This document shows, one piece after another, positions 61,496-64,000 of a stretch of 64,000 nt of DNA (position 1 is the first letter of the stretch; each line of letters begins with the position of its first letter). The translations under genes were made by a program, and so were the position numbers. The stretch is from an uncultured delta proteobacterium (lineage in GTDB: Bacteria; Desulfobacterota; Syntrophorhabdia; Syntrophorhabdales; WCHB1-27). The stretch covers positions 64,001-128,000 of the forward strand of contig CAWEPK010000003.1 of the NCBI GenBank assembly GCA_963810935.1, given 5' to 3'. The notes beneath the pieces are model-generated. The model was not told the DNA's origin and searched no databases. It saw nothing but the letters and a program-made list of their open reading frames with translations.

Positions 61496-61929
61496 TGAAG
61501 GACCTCTATCTCGTCCCCGACGCGGATTTCGCCGCCTTCGAGGACCTCCGTGAATATCCCTTCCGTCGGCATGACGCAGTCGCCCACCTGTTGGAAAATG
61601 GCGCACCGCGCATGGCACTCCTTGCCTATCTGCGTCACCCGCATGAGCACCCTGCCACCCACGAGGAGCTTCGTCCCGATGGGCAGGACGGGGAGGTCAA
61701 TGCCTTCTGTCGTAAGGTTCTCCGCGAAATCGCCCGGCTTCACGTCGAGCCCCATCTTTTTTATCTTATCTATGCTTTCGGCTGCGAGGAGGCTGACCTG
61801 CCTGTGCCAGGGGCCCGCATGGGCGTCCTCTTCGAGGCCGTGCCCTTCGCGCAGCGTGCATTGTCCGATATTGTGCTTCTTTTCGCCTTTCTCGTCGCTG
61901 ACGTTTACCGAGATTACTTTTGCTTTCAT
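61492..61929 (-). CDS. MOSC domain protein
   Basis: DAHAG, RQVSLL, GDFAENL, IGKECH, GIF. Confidence 0.9.
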   Translation of the reverse strand: MKAKVISVNVSDEKGEKKHNIGQCTLREGHGLEEDAHAGPWHRQVSLLAAESIDKIKKMGLDVKPGDFAENLTTEGIDLPVLPIGTKLLVGGRVLMRVTQIGKECHARCAIFQQVGDCVMPTEGIFTEVLEGGEIRVGDEIEVLQ

Positions 61930-61970
61930 CTCACCCTTTGATATGAACACCCTGCTGTTTGCGGCGCATC

Positions 61971-62039
61971 CGTCATACCGGCGAAAGCCGGTATCCAGAG
62001 AAGTGCCGAACTGGATGCCGGATCAAGTCCGGCATGACG
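61971..62039. repeat. REP-like palindromic element
   Basis: CGTCATACCGGCGAAAGCCGGTATCCAG...CTGGATGCCGGATCAAGTCCGGCATGACG nested hairpins. Confidence 0.8.
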
Positions 62040-62071
62040 AAGGGCAGTAATACCCTGCTCCTGCAGCAAGG

Positions 62072-62551
62072 TCATTTATTCTTCCTTTTGAAGATCCCGC
62101 TCTTGCCCCCGCTTTTTTCGAGCAGGTAGAACGGCCCGAGCTCTATCGATTTATCGATGGCCTTGCACATGTCGTATACCGTAAGGGCGGTCACCATCAC
62201 TGCCGCTATCGCCTCCATCTCAACGCCTGTCTGCCCCTGCACCCGGACGGTGGAGGTAATCTCTACGACGGGCTCGCCGGCCATGAACGTATATTCGATA
62301 TCGACGAACGTGATGGGAAGCGGGTGGCACAGGGGGACGAGCTCGGATGTCTTCTTGGCGGCCATGATGCCCGCGACCTTCGCTACGGTAAAGACGTCGC
62401 CTTTCGGCCCCTGCCCCTTGCGCACGATGTCGTACGCCTCTTCCGACATCCGCACCCGGCCGAAGGCCCGCGCCTCGCGTGCAGTCTCGGTTTTTCCTCC
62501 GACATCGACCATCCGCGCCTTTCCACTTTTATCTACATGGCTTAGCTTCAA
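62072..62551 (-). CDS. moaC: Cyclic pyranopterin monophosphate synthase
   Basis: ARMVDV, PLCHP, TGVEMEA, YDMCKA, KSGGKSG. Confidence 0.96.
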   Translation of the reverse strand: MKLSHVDKSGKARMVDVGGKTETAREARAFGRVRMSEEAYDIVRKGQGPKGDVFTVAKVAGIMAAKKTSELVPLCHPLPITFVDIEYTFMAGEPVVEITSTVRVQGQTGVEMEAIAAVMVTALTVYDMCKAIDKSIELGPFYLLEKSGGKSGIFKRKNK

Positions 62552-63526
62552 TTATCCTCCGATACCGCGCATGCTCCTCTGGCACTTCCTTACGGAGCCT
62601 TCTTCGACTTTCCTCTCCGGCTTTGCCTTCACCGTCCCTACCACGAAGTCGGCCAGCTCCTCGTCGCTCGCGCCCCTGCGCAAGAGCGCCTTCACGTCGT
62701 ATTCGACGTTCGAGAAGAGGCAGGGCCTGATCTTGCCGTCGGACGTAAGCCTTATCCTGTTGCACTCGTGGCAGATGTGCGTTGACATGGGGCTGATGAA
62801 GCCCACCTGGCCCGACCCGCCGTCGAGGTAGAACATTCTTGCCGGCCCCCTGCCGGGGCCGCCTGCGGGATGCAGGTCATAGACCCGGCGGATCATCTCT
62901 TCGAGCCGGGCGGAAGTCAGGATGCGCGAGCGGTCCCATAGGCTTTCCCGGCCGAAAGGCATAAACTCGATGAACCTAACCTGCACCGAGCGCTCCCTGG
63001 CGAAATCGGCAAAATCGATCGCCTCGTCATCGTTGAAGCCCTTTATCATGACTGTATTAATCTTAACCGGGTCAAGCCCTGCCGACGAGGCTTTCTCTAT
63101 GCTCTTCATAACCTTGTCGAATGCGTCAACCCCCGTGATATAGGCGAAGCGCTCGGGCTTGAGCGAGTCGAGGCTGATATTGACCCGCCGCAGCCCGCAG
63201 GCGCGCAGCTCGTCCACTGCGTCCGCCAGCTCTACGCCGTTCGTCGTCAGGCTTATGTCCTCTATGAGGCCCAGGGAGTCGATCTCTTTTATAAGGAAGG
63301 CAAGCCCCCTTCGCTGTAAGGGCTCTCCGCCGGTAAGCCTCACTTTGCGTACGCCCAATGAGGCGGCGACGCGCACGAACCTGAGGATTTCCTCGTATCT
63401 CAGGATCTCGTCGTGGGGAATGAAAGGGACGATGCTCTCCGTGCAGTACCTGCATCGGAGGTTGCACCTGTCCGTGATCGACACCCTCAGGTAGTTGATG
63501 ACACGGTTGAAATTATCCTTGAGCAT
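62552..63526 (-). CDS. moaA: GTP 3',8-cyclase
   Basis: RCNLRCRYC, TGGEP, CHECNRIR, C-terminal IGG. Confidence 0.96.
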   Translation of the reverse strand: MLKDNFNRVINYLRVSITDRCNLRCRYCTESIVPFIPHDEILRYEEILRFVRVAASLGVRKVRLTGGEPLQRRGLAFLIKEIDSLGLIEDISLTTNGVELADAVDELRACGLRRVNISLDSLKPERFAYITGVDAFDKVMKSIEKASSAGLDPVKINTVMIKGFNDDEAIDFADFARERSVQVRFIEFMPFGRESLWDRSRILTSARLEEMIRRVYDLHPAGGPGRGPARMFYLDGGSGQVGFISPMSTHICHECNRIRLTSDGKIRPCLFSNVEYDVKALLRRGASDEELADFVVGTVKAKPERKVEEGSVRKCQRSMRGIGG

Positions 63527-64000
63527 ACTTGACCTTACCGCTCTCTTCCGTATTGTAGCCGCCCAGCGCCCCGAGTCTCGACGCAAACTCCGGCGAGGCG
63601 ATGAGCTCGATCAGTATATCGAACTTCGGGTCCGCCCTGAAATCTTCAGTCACCAGCAGGTCGTATTCCTCTTCCATGATGGGGATGAAATCGAGACCGA
63701 ACGTGCGGGAGACGGCATGGATTGCGAGGCTGGTGTCTGCGATCCCCTCTTTGACTAGGATGGCGGCCGCCGTATGGGTCGCCTCCTCCCGGTCGTACCC
63801 GTGGATCGATCTCGGGTCGATCCCTTTTTCCTTAAGCATCATGTCGAGCAGTATCCGCGTGCCCGACCCTGACTGCCGGTTGACGAACCTTACATCGCTT
63901 CGGTTCAGGTCAGCTACGCCCGTTATGGCCTTCGGGTTCCCCTTTGCGATGAGAAGCCCCTGCATCCTTCTGGCTACGTGGATGAGGGCAACGGGCCTGC
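63513..64000 (-). CDS. PBP-domain C-terminus, probably of a MoeA-PBP fusion (5' part outside the window)
   Basis: FVNRQSGSGTRILLD, EEEYDL, LGGY; upstream of moaA. Confidence 0.75.
   Translation of the reverse strand, partial: RPVALIHVARRMQGLLIAKGNPKAITGVADLNRSDVRFVNRQSGSGTRILLDMMLKEKGIDPRSIHGYDREEATHTAAAILVKEGIADTSLAIHAVSRTFGLDFIPIMEEEYDLLVTEDFRADPKFDILIELIASPEFASRLGALGGYNTEESGKVKYAQG

Overview
GC-rich bacterial chromosome segment spanning the replication origin region. It contains dnaA-dnaN-gyrB, DnaA boxes and two perfect parS sites. Gene content suggests an anaerobic deltaproteobacterium (Desulfobacterota), possibly Syntrophorhabdaceae-like; this is an inference. Most of the window is housekeeping: prmC-prfA-rpmE-rho-coaE, glycogen/nucleotide-sugar genes, murI, priA, ispDF, carD, htpX-rsmB-rpe, lolDE-lysS-rimO and moa genes. 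It also holds a roughly 9.3 kb hydrogenase block, with echABCDEF directly followed by a group 3b NiFe hydrogenase, and tRNA-Ala(CGC). Three non-coding signals stand out. (1) A ~65-bp two-hairpin element with compensatory base changes occurs four times. Two copies sit beside an exact duplicate of the 3' end of the neighbouring gene (27 bp of echE, 17 bp of tRNA-Ala). (2) A second family of 140-300 bp repeats in alternating orientation delimits three accessory modules: an AT-rich methyltransferase, raiA-CSD/APC permease, and an Xre-RES toxin-antitoxin pair. (3) All six frameshifts I found are single extra bases at GAGCT, which suggests methylation-linked basecalling errors and hence AGCT methylation in this genome. 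All protein calls come from motif recognition by eye; no searches were run.
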